The notes under the pieces were generated by a model. That model did no database searches, had not been told where the DNA came from, and saw only the letters and a program-made list of their open reading frames with translations. From Bacteroidales bacterium (GTDB taxonomy: Bacteria; Bacteroidota; Bacteroidia; Bacteroidales; VadinHA17), in the NCBI GenBank assembly GCA_046260645.1, contig JBHEOU010000001.1:1-31046 (forward strand): a stretch of DNA of 31,046 bases. The letters run 5' to 3'. The translations under genes and the position numbers were made by a program. Numbering within the stretch: the stretch's first letter is position 1; every line of letters begins with the position of its first letter. Positions 1 to 9,156 of the stretch are shown piece after piece.

Positions 1-72
1 GTTATCATAATTAATATATCATTGAAACAGGTTAAAATGAAACAGGAACTATTAGAATAAAAAAAAAATTTC

Positions 73-639
73 TCAGGAGAGACCGGGAAGAATGATAAGG
101 AGCAATAAAACTACTTTTTTCAGATTTTCCTTCAGGGTTTTATAGGCGGCGGCTTTATGGTTTTTAACTGTATAGACTGAGATTTTTAATTTTTCAGCAA
201 TTTCCTGATTCTTATACCCTTCAAGCTGAAGAAACAGAATTTCTCTTGCTCGTGGTGGCAATATATCCAACAACTTCAAAACCATACGCTGAGTTTCCCG
301 CTCTATATAGTTCTTAACAAAAAAGTCTTCAGAACCAGGATCTGTTACTATGTTTTCCAGATATCTTTTTCTTACTGTTTCATGCTCCAAAGCATTGAGG
401 GCCTTATTTCTGGCGGTTTGATATAAATAGCATTTCAACAGGTGAAGGTTTGAAAAACTGACATTTCTTTCCCAAACACAAATAAAAACGTCCTGGGCAA
501 TGTCTTTTGCTTCATCGGGATCATGTACAAACTTCTGAATGAATATGCAAATGCTTTTATAGTAAGTATCGAAAACACTTTTCAGAGTAATTTCTTCCCC
601 ATTAACCAATTGAAGGTGATATTGATTTCTTCTATCCAT
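73..639 (-). CDS. ECF-type RNA polymerase sigma-70 factor (Bacteroidetes expansion family)
   Basis: 188 aa; region 2 motifs (AKDIAQDVFICVW, YLYQTARNKALN) and region 4.2 HTH (LPPRAREILFL..GYKNQEIAEKLKISVYTVKNH); hydrophobic C-terminal tail typical of Bacteroidetes ECFs that precede FecR-type anti-sigma genes. AT-rich. Confidence 0.9.
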   Translation of the reverse strand: MDRRNQYHLQLVNGEEITLKSVFDTYYKSICIFIQKFVHDPDEAKDIAQDVFICVWERNVSFSNLHLLKCYLYQTARNKALNALEHETVRKRYLENIVTDPGSEDFFVKNYIERETQRMVLKLLDILPPRAREILFLQLEGYKNQEIAEKLKISVYTVKNHKAAAYKTLKENLKKVVLLLLIILPGLS

Positions 640-798
640 TAACCTTTTACTAACATAAATTGGAAGCTGAGAAAAACATATACTGTGTTAAGGTATGAAA
701 AATAATGGCGGTCTTTATGGTTTCTTTTCGCTCCGGAACTGTTTTAGTATTAAATATAAAATTAATGGTTGCAAGTGTAACCTGAAAACTTCCACAAA

Positions 799-1041
799 AT
801 GGTGAACAAAATACTTATGCTCCTTTTACTGGCAGTTATGTCTGTCAGAGTCTTTGCCCAGGAGGCAAAAACTATTGACTATAAATCATTTGATATTACA
901 AAAGTTGGCCAGAATGTGCCTGATTTTTCCTTTATAACTATTGACGGTAAGAAATATCAGATGTCTGAGTTAAAGGGAAGGACTGTCCTTCTGGTTTTCT
1001 TTGCAACATGGTGCTCACCCTGTATGAAAGAATTACCGTAG
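799..1041 (+). pseudogene. Truncated TlpA/ResA-like thioredoxin-fold disulfide reductase
   Basis: Signal peptide (..VFA|QE), then VGQNVPDFSFITIDGKKYQMSELKGRTVLLVFFATWCSPCMKELP and TAG five residues after CxxC; only 80 aa, so the rest of the thioredoxin fold is missing. Confidence 0.75.
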
Positions 1042-1152
1042 TCAAAGCATCGGGAGCCATCCCTCTTGGGAATGAGTAAGGAGCAAAGCGACCTGTATCA
1101 AATCTGCTCGAATATTATTGAAGTGCTGCATTGCTGAAAACAGGGGAAAAAT

Positions 1153-1160
1153 TATATTTG
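1153..1160 (+). promoter_or_regulatory. Bacteroidetes sigma-A -7 box upstream of the PLP enzyme gene
   Basis: TATATTTG matches TAnnTTTG, 25 nt before ATG 1186; ATTG about 19 nt upstream is a weak -33 box. Confidence 0.55.
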
Positions 1161-1185
1161 AAGGTTGTAAAACATTGATGAGAAG

Positions 1186-2676
1186 ATGCCAGACAAAAAG
1201 AACAGCCACGAGGCTTATTTCAGAGAATTCCGCAGGAATATTGTGGGTATTGACCAGGAGTACACCACGCCTTACGGCATACAGAAGATAATCTACTGCG
1301 ACTGGATAGCCAGCGGAAGGATGTACGGGCCCATAGAAAGGAAGATGGCCGACACGTTCGGCCCTTTTGTGGGAAACACCCATACCGAAACCTCCGAGAC
1401 CGGCTCAATAATGACCTGGGCCTATCACCACGCACAGGAGATAATAAAAAAACATGTCAATGCTGGTCCGGATGATGTTCTGATAGCCGCAGGGGCCGGC
1501 ATGACGGCAGTGATAAACAAGTTCCAGAGGATACTCGGACTGAAGGGATGCAGCTATCCGAAAACAGCACGCTGCCTCAGCGACATTGAGCGTCCGGTTG
1601 TCTTTATCACCCATATAGAGCACCATTCAAACCAGACCTCATGGTACGAGACCCTTGCTGATGTGGTGATGATTGAGCCCGGCAAGGACCTGACCGTTGA
1701 CCCTGACAACCTGCAGAAGGCCCTGGACAAATACAGGGACCGCAAGTTCAAGATAGGATCCTTCTCTGCCTGCTCCAATGTCACGGGGGTTTTCACTCCG
1801 TACCACCAGCTGTCACGTATCATGCATGAGAACGGGGGAATCTGTTTCATTGACTTTGCTGCTTCGGCCCCGTATGTTGATATCGACATGCATCCCGCGG
1901 AAGCCATAGAGAAGCTTGATGCCATCTTCTTCTCGCCGCATAAGTTCCTTGGCGGACCAGGCTCGTCAGGCATTATGGTCTTCGACAAATCGCTCTACAA
2001 GACAACAGTGCCGGACCAGCCCGGCGGTGGCACCGTAGATTGGACCAACCCATGGGGTGAATACAAGTATGTTGACAGCATAGAATCAAGGGAGGATGGT
2101 GGTACGCCCGGCTTCCTCCAGATGATAAGGGCAGCTCTGGCCATCGGGCTGAAGGAGATGATGGGAATTGAGAATATAGGTGCCAGGGAGGATGAGCTGG
2201 TTGCAAGAGCCCTCGAGGGGCTCTCGGCGATACCCGGCCTTCACATATTGGCACCGGAGGTCAGGCATCGCCTCGGAGCAATCTCCTTTTACATGGATGA
2301 CCTCCATTACAACCTGGTGGTCAAACTGCTCAGTGACAGGTACGGGATACAGGTAAGGGGCGGATGCGCCTGCGCAGGAACCTACGGCCATTTCCTCCTC
2401 CATGTGACCTATGACCACAGCCATCGTATCACTGAGATGATCAACAACGGAGACCTTTCAGAGAAACCCGGATGGGTAAGACTCTCGCTGCATCCCTCCA
2501 TGACAGACGAAGAGCTCGAAACGGTGATAAGGGCCCTCGGTGAGATAAGGGAAAACGGAGAAGCATGGAGCGCGGACTATAATTATAACAGGAGAACAAA
2601 CGAGTTCATTCACAAGGATGATAAGGGCGCAGGCAAAGAAAGAGTAATGTCATGGTTTAATCTTCAGAGCCTATAG
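1186..2676 (+). CDS. Aminotransferase class V-fold PLP-dependent enzyme (cysteine desulfurase/selenocysteine lyase-like)
   Basis: EHHSNQ, DFAASAP, PLP-lysine motif FSPHKFLGGPG, EDGGTP, and VRGGCACAG at the position of the desulfurase catalytic Cys loop. Confidence 0.88.
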   Translation: MPDKKNSHEAYFREFRRNIVGIDQEYTTPYGIQKIIYCDWIASGRMYGPIERKMADTFGPFVGNTHTETSETGSIMTWAYHHAQEIIKKHVNAGPDDVLIAAGAGMTAVINKFQRILGLKGCSYPKTARCLSDIERPVVFITHIEHHSNQTSWYETLADVVMIEPGKDLTVDPDNLQKALDKYRDRKFKIGSFSACSNVTGVFTPYHQLSRIMHENGGICFIDFAASAPYVDIDMHPAEAIEKLDAIFFSPHKFLGGPGSSGIMVFDKSLYKTTVPDQPGGGTVDWTNPWGEYKYVDSIESREDGGTPGFLQMIRAALAIGLKEMMGIENIGAREDELVARALEGLSAIPGLHILAPEVRHRLGAISFYMDDLHYNLVVKLLSDRYGIQVRGGCACAGTYGHFLLHVTYDHSHRITEMINNGDLSEKPGWVRLSLHPSMTDEELETVIRALGEIRENGEAWSADYNYNRRTNEFIHKDDKGAGKERVMSWFNLQSL

Positions 2677-2678
2677 GG

Positions 2679-3887
2679 ATGAGAGTAACGGAGGTAAAAA
2701 CTGAGGCACATAAAAAGGAGTTCATCAACTTCCCCAAGAGACTGTACAGGGAAGACCCATACTGGGTGCCTCCTCTCGACAGTGAGGCCGAAGCTGTCTT
2801 TGACCCTGCCAGAAATGCCGCTTTCAGTCGTGGTGAGGCTACACGGTGGATCCTTTCCGGTGACGACGGCAAGACCATAGGCAGGGTGGGTGCCTTCATT
2901 GATGAGATACGTTCCAGGGCAAACAGGCAACCCACCGGGGGCTTCGGCTTCTTCGAGGTCACAGAGTCGCGCGAAGCAGCCTTCATGCTCTTTGACACAG
3001 CCAGGGAATGGCTCACCGCAAGAGGCATGAAGGCAATGGACGGACCGATCAACTTCGGAGATAATGACAACTACTGGGGACTACTGGTGGAGGGTTTCAT
3101 GCAACCGGGCTTCGGGATGCCCTACAACAAGGAATACTACCGGCAATATTTTGAGGATTACGGATTCAGGACATACTTTGAACAGTACAGCTATCACAAG
3201 GATGTGGCATCAGTGGAGGTCTTCCCGGAGCGCTTCAGGAAGATAGCGGAATGGGTTTCAAAGAGGCCGGGTCATACTTTCCGCCACTTTGAGTTCAGTA
3301 ACAGTGATAAGTTCATCGGCGATATGGTTGAGATATACAACGCCACCTGGGCGGTCTTCAAGGAGGACTTCACCCCGCTTGACCCGGCCAGAGTACGGAG
3401 CACGATGCAGCAGGCAAGGCCGTTCATGGACCCTGACCTGGTATGGTTCGCCTATCATAATGAAAAACCCGTAGCCTTCTTTGTGCTCTTGCCTGACCTG
3501 AACCAGATAATAAAACACTTTAACGGCCGCCTGACACCGTGGAACATGATAAGGTTCGTATGGTACAGGATGACACATAAGATGACACGCGCCCGGGCCC
3601 TGGTGGCCGGCGTGCATCCGTCATACCAGAACAGCGGCATTGAATCGGCTATCTTCCTCGAGATCTTCCGCGTATTCAGAAAGAAAAGGTTTTATAAAGA
3701 ACTCGAACTGTCGTGGGTGGGCGACTTCAACCCCAAGATGATATCAATATATGAAGCCGTTGGGGCACAGAAGGCAAAGACCCACCTTACCATGAGGTAC
3801 ATGATTGATGACTCTGTCGCATTCAAAATGTACAAGGATGAAATGGATGAAAACAGGGCCGAACGCCAGGCAAAACTGAAGAGCTGA
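2679..3887 (+). CDS. GNAT-fold protein of the YghO / bacterial ceramide synthase (bCerS)-like family
   Basis: 402 aa with family pattern: [18 protein letters not shown]...[40 protein letters not shown]...N..M. Recognised by eye; function not shown. Confidence 0.65.
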   Translation: MRVTEVKTEAHKKEFINFPKRLYREDPYWVPPLDSEAEAVFDPARNAAFSRGEATRWILSGDDGKTIGRVGAFIDEIRSRANRQPTGGFGFFEVTESREAAFMLFDTAREWLTARGMKAMDGPINFGDNDNYWGLLVEGFMQPGFGMPYNKEYYRQYFEDYGFRTYFEQYSYHKDVASVEVFPERFRKIAEWVSKRPGHTFRHFEFSNSDKFIGDMVEIYNATWAVFKEDFTPLDPARVRSTMQQARPFMDPDLVWFAYHNEKPVAFFVLLPDLNQIIKHFNGRLTPWNMIRFVWYRMTHKMTRARALVAGVHPSYQNSGIESAIFLEIFRVFRKKRFYKELELSWVGDFNPKMISIYEAVGAQKAKTHLTMRYMIDDSVAFKMYKDEMDENRAERQAKLKS

Positions 3888-3904
3888 TTTTTTTTTACCG
3901 CGGC

Positions 3905-3935
3905 TTTGTATTTTTCCTAATGTTCATTATCTTTG
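3905..3935 (+). promoter_or_regulatory. Bacteroidetes sigma-A promoter of the L31 gene
   Basis: TTTG (3905-3908), 19-nt spacer, TATCTTTG (3928-3935): matches the TTTG-N19-21-TAnnTTTG consensus. Confidence 0.8.
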
Positions 3936-3985
3936 CACTCCCTTGGAAAAGGGTTTTTGCGAACAGTAACAAACTATATCAGAAG

Positions 3986-4252
3986 ATGAAAGAAGGTATA
4001 CACCCGAAGAATTACAGGATGGTTGTATTTCAGGACATGTCAAACGGCTTCACATTCATGACACGTTCAACAGCCTCATCACGAGATAACATCAAATGGG
4101 AGGATGGAAATGAATATCCGCTCATCAAGCTTGAGATATCCAACACGTCTCATCCTTTCTATACAGGTAAGATGAAGCTTGTTGACACTGCAGGAAGGGT
4201 GGATAAATATATGAACCGTTACAAGAGTCACCTCGACAAGAAGTCGAAGTAG
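3986..4252 (+). CDS. rpmE2: 50S ribosomal protein L31 type B
   Basis: [16 protein letters not shown]...[31 protein letters not shown]; no Zn-binding Cys. Start moved to ATG 3986 from the ORF-track start 3920. Confidence 0.95.
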   Translation: MKEGIHPKNYRMVVFQDMSNGFTFMTRSTASSRDNIKWEDGNEYPLIKLEISNTSHPFYTGKMKLVDTAGRVDKYMNRYKSHLDKKSK

Positions 4253-4271
4253 GTGACCTTCATAAACCGGG

Positions 4272-4302
4272 AAGCTGCCTTGAACAGGGCGGCTTTTTTT
4301 TT
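4272..4302 (+). terminator. Rho-independent terminator after rpmE2
   Basis: Stem AAGCTGCCTT-GAAC-AGGGCGGCTT (with G-U pairs) running into a T-run. Confidence 0.8.
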
Positions 4303-4360
4303 GTTATCGGGTCATCGGTCCGCCTCGCAACAGGAATAAAGGGTGTAAGATATAATTAAC

Positions 4361-4368
4361 TAAATTTG
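4361..4368 (+). promoter_or_regulatory. -7 box upstream of lon
   Basis: TAAATTTG(C), 17 nt before ATG 4386. Confidence 0.6.
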
Positions 4369-4385
4369 CATAGTTTAAATCAGGT

Positions 4386-6848
4386 ATGGAGAAAAAGGTT
4401 TTAAGGAAGTGGGATAATGTCGGTTTTCAGGAGCTGATAGATGAGGGGAGAGAGATAATACCCATTCTTTCTGACGGTGACGATCATGAGCTTGAGGATG
4501 TGGAGATACCCGGCAGCGTGCCCGTTCTGCCACTGCGCAATACTGTGCTTTTCCCGGGAGTGGTGATACCCATAGCTGTCGGACGCTCCAAGTCTGTTCA
4601 GCTGGTGCGCGAAGCCTACCGCGGTGACAAGCTCGTTGCGGCTGTGGCGCAGCTTGATGCCGAGATTGAGGATCCGGAACTGCGCGACCTGAATGTTGTG
4701 GGTACCCTGGGACAGGTGGTCAAGCTGCTGGAGATGCCTGACGGCACCACAACAGCCATTATCCAGGGACGCAGGCGTGTATCGATCATGAACGTCCTGC
4801 AGACCGAGCCATACATGACGGCACATGTAAAGGCCATACCTGAAGCAAGAGGCGGCGAGGAGGAGAAGGATTTCGAAATAATAATCGGATCACTCAAAGA
4901 CCTGTCGGTAAAGATCGTCAAACTCAATCCGAACATCAATCCCGAAGCCTCCTTCGCGGTGAAGAACATTGAAAACAGCACCTACCTCATAAACTATATA
5001 TGTGCCAACACCGAGATCAACGTAAACGACAAGCAGAAGCTGCTTGAGGCAACTACCCTCAGGGAACGCGGGATGAGGCTGCTTGAACACCTGGTGCGTG
5101 AGATACAGCTCCTTGAACTGAAGAATGAGCTGCAGTCGAAGGTTAAGTATGAGATTGACCAGCAGCAGAGGGAGTTCCTCCTCCACCAGCAGATGAAGAC
5201 CATCCAGAATGAGCTGGGAGGAAATCCCCTGGAGAAGGAGGTTGAGGAGTTTCGCCAGAGGGGTATGAAGAAGTTGTGGGGCGAGGACGTTGAAAAGGTG
5301 TTCAACCGTGAGCTCGAAAAGCTCTCGAGGCTAAACCCGGCAGCTGCCGAATACTCGGTACAGGTGAACTACATACAGACGCTGCTGGAGCTGCCATGGA
5401 ATGAGTACACAAAGGATAATCTTGACCTCATTAACGCCCAGCGTGTGCTCGATGAAGATCACTACGGCCTGGAGGAGGTGAAGGAGAGGATACTGGAACA
5501 TCTGGCAGTGCTGAAGCTGAAGGGCGACCTTAAGTCGCCCATACTATGCCTGTACGGACCTCCCGGGGTGGGCAAGACCTCACTCGGCAAATCCGTTGCC
5601 CGCGCCCTCGACCGCAAGTATGCGCGCATGTCGCTCGGAGGGCTCCATGACGAGGCGGAGATAAGAGGCCACCGCAAGACCTACATAGGCGCCATGCCAG
5701 GGAGGGTGGTGCAGAGCATACGCCGGGCAGGATCATCAAACCCGGTATTCATCCTTGACGAGATAGACAAGGTGGGCCAGGATTTCAGGGGCGATCCCTC
5801 CTCTGCGCTGCTCGAGGTGCTTGACCCGGAACAGAACACTCATTTTTACGATAACTTTCTTGAGTTGGAGTTTGACCTCTCGAAGGTGCTCTTCATTGCA
5901 ACCGCCAACACCCTGGCAACAGTCAGTCCTGCCCTCCGTGACAGGATGGAGCTGATACAGATATCAGGTTATCTGGTTGAGGAGAAGAGGGAGATAGCCG
6001 TCAGGCACCTCATCCCCAAGCAGCTTGAGGCTCATGGTGTCACTGAAAAACAATTCCGGCTCCCCGGTGAGGTGATAGAGGAGGTCATCCAGAAATACAC
6101 ACGCGAATCAGGAGTCAGGGAGCTCGATAAGAGGATTGCCAAGCTGGTCAGGTTCAGGGCCAGGGAGATAGGCTTTGAGAATACACCCGAGGCTGAGCTG
6201 ACAAGTGGAAAAGTAGAAGAAATCCTCGGCCCGCCAAGGTATCTTAAGGATATTTATGACGGCAATGACCAGGCCGGTGTAGTCACCGGTCTTGCCTGGA
6301 CAGCCACCGGGGGTGAGATTCTCTTCGTTGAGACCAGCCTCAGCAGGGGGAAGGGCAACCTGACACTCACAGGAAACCTCGGTGATGTCATGAAGGAGTC
6401 TGCCGTGATCGCCCTGGAATATCTGAAGGCTCACGCCTCGCTGCTCGGACTTCCCGAGACATTCTCCGAAAAATGGAACATTCATATTCATGTTCCCGAA
6501 GGGGCCATCCCCAAGGACGGTCCTTCGGCAGGTATCACCATGGCCGTCTCCGTCGCCTCCGCCTTCACCCAGAGGAAGGTCAGAAAATATGTGGCCATGA
6601 CGGGTGAGATAACCCTGAGAGGCAAAGTGCTCCCCGTGGGCGGCATAAAGGAGAAGATACTGGCCGCAAAAAGAGCCGGTATAAAGGAGATTGTGCTCTC
6701 GGAGCAGAACCGTAAGGATGTTGAGGAGATAAAGGAGAAGTATGTCCGCGGGCTGAAATTCAAGTATGTTGACACCATCATGAATGTGATTGATCATGTG
6801 CTGCTGCAGCAGAAGGTGGCCAACGCAAGGATAATTGAATTTGAATAA
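4386..6848 (+). CDS. lon: ATP-dependent Lon protease (endopeptidase La)
   Basis: N-domain PVLPLRNTVLFP, Walker A GPPGVGKT, Walker B ILDEIDK, EIRGHRKTYIGAMPG, catalytic PKDGPSAG, KVLPVGGIKEK. Confidence 0.98.
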   Translation: MEKKVLRKWDNVGFQELIDEGREIIPILSDGDDHELEDVEIPGSVPVLPLRNTVLFPGVVIPIAVGRSKSVQLVREAYRGDKLVAAVAQLDAEIEDPELRDLNVVGTLGQVVKLLEMPDGTTTAIIQGRRRVSIMNVLQTEPYMTAHVKAIPEARGGEEEKDFEIIIGSLKDLSVKIVKLNPNINPEASFAVKNIENSTYLINYICANTEINVNDKQKLLEATTLRERGMRLLEHLVREIQLLELKNELQSKVKYEIDQQQREFLLHQQMKTIQNELGGNPLEKEVEEFRQRGMKKLWGEDVEKVFNRELEKLSRLNPAAAEYSVQVNYIQTLLELPWNEYTKDNLDLINAQRVLDEDHYGLEEVKERILEHLAVLKLKGDLKSPILCLYGPPGVGKTSLGKSVARALDRKYARMSLGGLHDEAEIRGHRKTYIGAMPGRVVQSIRRAGSSNPVFILDEIDKVGQDFRGDPSSALLEVLDPEQNTHFYDNFLELEFDLSKVLFIATANTLATVSPALRDRMELIQISGYLVEEKREIAVRHLIPKQLEAHGVTEKQFRLPGEVIEEVIQKYTRESGVRELDKRIAKLVRFRAREIGFENTPEAELTSGKVEEILGPPRYLKDIYDGNDQAGVVTGLAWTATGGEILFVETSLSRGKGNLTLTGNLGDVMKESAVIALEYLKAHASLLGLPETFSEKWNIHIHVPEGAIPKDGPSAGITMAVSVASAFTQRKVRKYVAMTGEITLRGKVLPVGGIKEKILAAKRAGIKEIVLSEQNRKDVEEIKEKYVRGLKFKYVDTIMNVIDHVLLQQKVANARIIEFE

Positions 6849-6865
6849 CAGATATACCTTAGGTC

Positions 6866-7342
6866 ATGAACAAAATCGCCGTTTTTCCCGGTTCCTTCGA
6901 TCCGTTTACCGTAGGTCATGAAGCACTTGTGAAAAGAGCCCTGCCGCTGTTTGACAAGGTCATTATTGCCGTCGGTGAGAACGCAGAGAAGAAGAACCTG
7001 TTCAGCATAGAGATGAGGATCAGGATGATATCAAAGGTCTTTGAGGGGGAGAGCCGGGTGGAGATCACCAGGTTCAACGGGCTGACAGTAGATTTCTGCC
7101 GCAGCCATAATGCCCGCTACATCATAAGGGGACTCCGCACGGCTGCTGATTTCGAATACGAGAGGGCCATGGGGCATATGAACTGGAAGATGGCTCCCGA
7201 GATCGATACCATCTTCCTGCTTACCAGCACCGACCACACCCCGGTCAACTCAACCATCGTGCGTGAGATAATAAGATACGGAGGAGACGCCTCGATGTTC
7301 GTCCCGTCATCTATTGACATCAACGATTACCTCGGCAAGTGA
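6866..7342 (+). CDS. coaD: Pantetheine-phosphate adenylyltransferase
   Basis: AVFPGSFDPFTVGH, IIRGLR...DFEYE, NSTIVREI. Confidence 0.97.
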   Translation: MNKIAVFPGSFDPFTVGHEALVKRALPLFDKVIIAVGENAEKKNLFSIEMRIRMISKVFEGESRVEITRFNGLTVDFCRSHNARYIIRGLRTAADFEYERAMGHMNWKMAPEIDTIFLLTSTDHTPVNSTIVREIIRYGGDASMFVPSSIDINDYLGK

Positions 7343-7960
7343 TCACTTCACCCTCAGTGTGGTATTCAACAGGTCAAGCAGCGACTGGAATGTGTTTGAC
7401 TTGATGCGCGCTATCTCTGCAGGGGCAAGCCACTCGGCGTGGGTTATACCCTCCTCTGCCTGCGGCTCTGTTATCATTTCGCCTTTGTAGCTCATGCGGA
7501 ACCACCAGGTCTTTTTCATGTGCGGTGTGTTGTCATAAAGGTAGGTATGGTAGCTCGGCGGCAGTGAGCCTTCGATCTTATGGCCCCTGATGTTGCACTC
7601 TTCCGTCACCTCCCTGAGAGCACATTCCTCAGGTGTCTCGCCCTCTTCCATGTGTCCCTTCGGGAGATCCCACCGGCCGTAACGCATGATGAAGAGGTAT
7701 TTGCCTGAAGGATGTTTTATCAGTCCGCCCGCTGCCTCAATCACCGTAAACCATGACGAGAATACCTGCCAGAGATTGTTGATATCCGATGAATAAATAT
7801 TCAGCGAGGGTATGTCAATATTGACGGCAAACTGTGATATTTGAGCAAACAGCTCCTCCTCCACATTGTATTTATGGAAAAGAGCGTATTTTTGAACCCT
7901 GTCGGGCTCGGAGGAGAGTGTGATAACCCTGTTGTCAAAATATATTTTATACCTCAGCAT
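7343..7960 (-). CDS. NUDIX hydrolase
   Basis: Nudix box GHMEEGETPEECALREVTEECNI; AAGGL, RYGRWDLPKG; N-terminus YKIYF typical of Bacteroidetes homologues. Start set at ATG 7960. Confidence 0.88.
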   Translation of the reverse strand: MLRYKIYFDNRVITLSSEPDRVQKYALFHKYNVEEELFAQISQFAVNIDIPSLNIYSSDINNLWQVFSSWFTVIEAAGGLIKHPSGKYLFIMRYGRWDLPKGHMEEGETPEECALREVTEECNIRGHKIEGSLPPSYHTYLYDNTPHMKKTWWFRMSYKGEMITEPQAEEGITHAEWLAPAEIARIKSNTFQSLLDLLNTTLRVK

Positions 7961-8596
7961 ATGGACGATACAGCTAAGAAAACTGCAGAATACCTGCTGC
8001 AAATTAAAGCAATTAAATTACAACCCGCAAAACCTTTTACATGGGCTTCAGGCTGGAAATCGCCCATATACTGTGACAATCGCATGACCCTCTCTTTTCC
8101 GGAGGTCCGCAGTTTCATCAGGGAGGCCTTTGCCGACAGGGTCAGGAAGTTATATCCTGATGCCGGGCTGATAGCCGGTGTCGCCACCGGTGCCATAGCC
8201 CACGGAGCCCTGGTGGCTGACCGCCTGGGACTGCCTTTTATTTACGTCAGGACAGGTGCAAAGGACCACGGGCTCGGAAACCAGATAGAGGGTCACTTTG
8301 AAAAGGGGCAGAGGGTTGTGGTGATTGAGGACCTTATCTCTACCGGCGGAAGCAGCCTGGGAGCGGTGAGGGTGCTCCGCGAGGCAGGATGCGAGGTGCT
8401 GGGGATGATCGCCATCTTCACCTACGGCTTCGGTAAAGCCACCGACGCATTTGCTGCAGAGTCATGCAGTCTTGACACCCTCAGTAACTACACTGTGCTG
8501 GTAGATCTGGCAGCAACATCGGGGTATATAACTGAAGGAGATGTGGATACACTGAAGGAGTGGCGTATTGCTCCGGCGGAATGGGGAAAAGGGTAA
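7961..8596 (+). CDS. pyrE: Orotate phosphoribosyltransferase
   Basis: FTWASGWKSPIYCDNR, GVATGAIAHG, PRPP-binding VVVIEDLISTGGS. Start at ATG 7961 (MDDTAKKTAEYLL). Confidence 0.96.
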   Translation: MDDTAKKTAEYLLQIKAIKLQPAKPFTWASGWKSPIYCDNRMTLSFPEVRSFIREAFADRVRKLYPDAGLIAGVATGAIAHGALVADRLGLPFIYVRTGAKDHGLGNQIEGHFEKGQRVVVIEDLISTGGSSLGAVRVLREAGCEVLGMIAIFTYGFGKATDAFAAESCSLDTLSNYTVLVDLAATSGYITEGDVDTLKEWRIAPAEWGKG

Positions 8597-8700
8597 AGTC
8601 GAAAGTCAGTAAAGTCGAAAGTCTGTAAAGTCTAAAGTCGAAAGTCCGTAAAGTCCGTAAAGTCGAAAATCGAAAATCGCAAATCGAAAATCGCAAATTG
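8593..8700 (+). repeat. Intergenic short tandem repeat array (AAAGTC x9, then AAATC-type heptamers)
   Basis: GTAAAGTC GAAAGTC A GTAAAGTC GAAAGTC T GTAAAGTC TAAAGTC GAAAGTC C GTAAAGTC C GTAAAGTC GAAAATC GAAAATC GCAAATC GAAAATC GCAAATT; begins in the pyrE stop codon. Confidence 0.95.
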
Positions 8701-8718
8701 AGATAGGGGATGAGTCCT

Positions 8719-9156
8719 ATGACCACATACACAAGCAGAAGGGGTGAGGTGCCCTGCGGCGACAGCGACCTCTATGCCTTCCTCACAGACATCCGCAACC
8801 TGAAGACAGTTGTCCCGGACGGCCTGCTGACCGACTGGGAGGCCACGGACGATCATTGCAGCTTTAAAATTGAGCAGGCAGGCAGGATCTCGGTCTCGCT
8901 TTCGGAGGCCCTGCCTCATTCAATGATAACTTATGACGCGGAGACATTCCTGACGGGAAAAATGTCAATACAGGTAACGATTGAATACATATCCGGAATG
9001 AGATCGGCGTTTCACATCACCGCTGGAGTGAAAATGAACCCGATACTGAAGATGATGGTGGGTGATTCTGCGGGCAGATATCTTGACAGCCTGATAGATG
9101 CAATTGAGGCTTACGGGGGGTATGACAAGGTCAGAGGATGTAATCAATCTCTTTGA
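8719..9156 (+). CDS. SRPBCC/START-like family protein
   Basis: About 145 aa, LYAFLTDIRNL..V.P....W....D.CSF pattern; usual neighbour of pyrE in Bacteroidetes. Start 8719 or 8710. Confidence 0.7.
   Translation: MTTYTSRRGEVPCGDSDLYAFLTDIRNLKTVVPDGLLTDWEATDDHCSFKIEQAGRISVSLSEALPHSMITYDAETFLTGKMSIQVTIEYISGMRSAFHITAGVKMNPILKMMVGDSAGRYLDSLIDAIEAYGGYDKVRGCNQSL

Noticed and set aside
23-46. Direct repeat TGAAACAGG x2 downstream of the ECF sigma gene
   Set aside because: Only 9 bp in AT-rich DNA at the window edge; context needed to judge it as an ECF promoter is outside the window.
59-68. A10 tract (also T9 at 3888-3896 and A8 before mltD) as phase-variation switches
   Set aside because: All are intergenic and outside promoter spacers or reading frames, so no clear on/off effect.
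148-723. Similar 16-17-mers GGCGG(T)CTTTATGGTTT at 148-163 and 707-723, and imperfect palindrome GGTTGCAAGTGTAACC at 767-782
   Set aside because: Single gapped match and a single short palindrome; compatible with chance, no third copy.
1039-1140. Amber readthrough or recoding of the TlpA-like ORF
   Set aside because: TAG is a normal stop for the PLP enzyme, rpmE2 and cydA here; readthrough adds only 32 residues without thioredoxin motifs.
6108-6797. Long antisense or alternative-frame ORFs (e.g. 6108-6797, 11020-11802, 18233-18946, 22797-23402, 23521-24120, 28785-29321)
   Set aside because: They are shadows of strongly supported genes on the opposite strand or in another frame, with no recognisable motifs.
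7841-8002. Long overlapping N-terminal extensions of pyrE and NUDIX in the ORF track
   Set aside because: They are antisense to each other's coding region; family-like sequence begins at 7961 and 7960.
8593-8700. Repeat array as a CRISPR
   Set aside because: Units are 7-9 nt with no unique spacers, and there are no cas genes.
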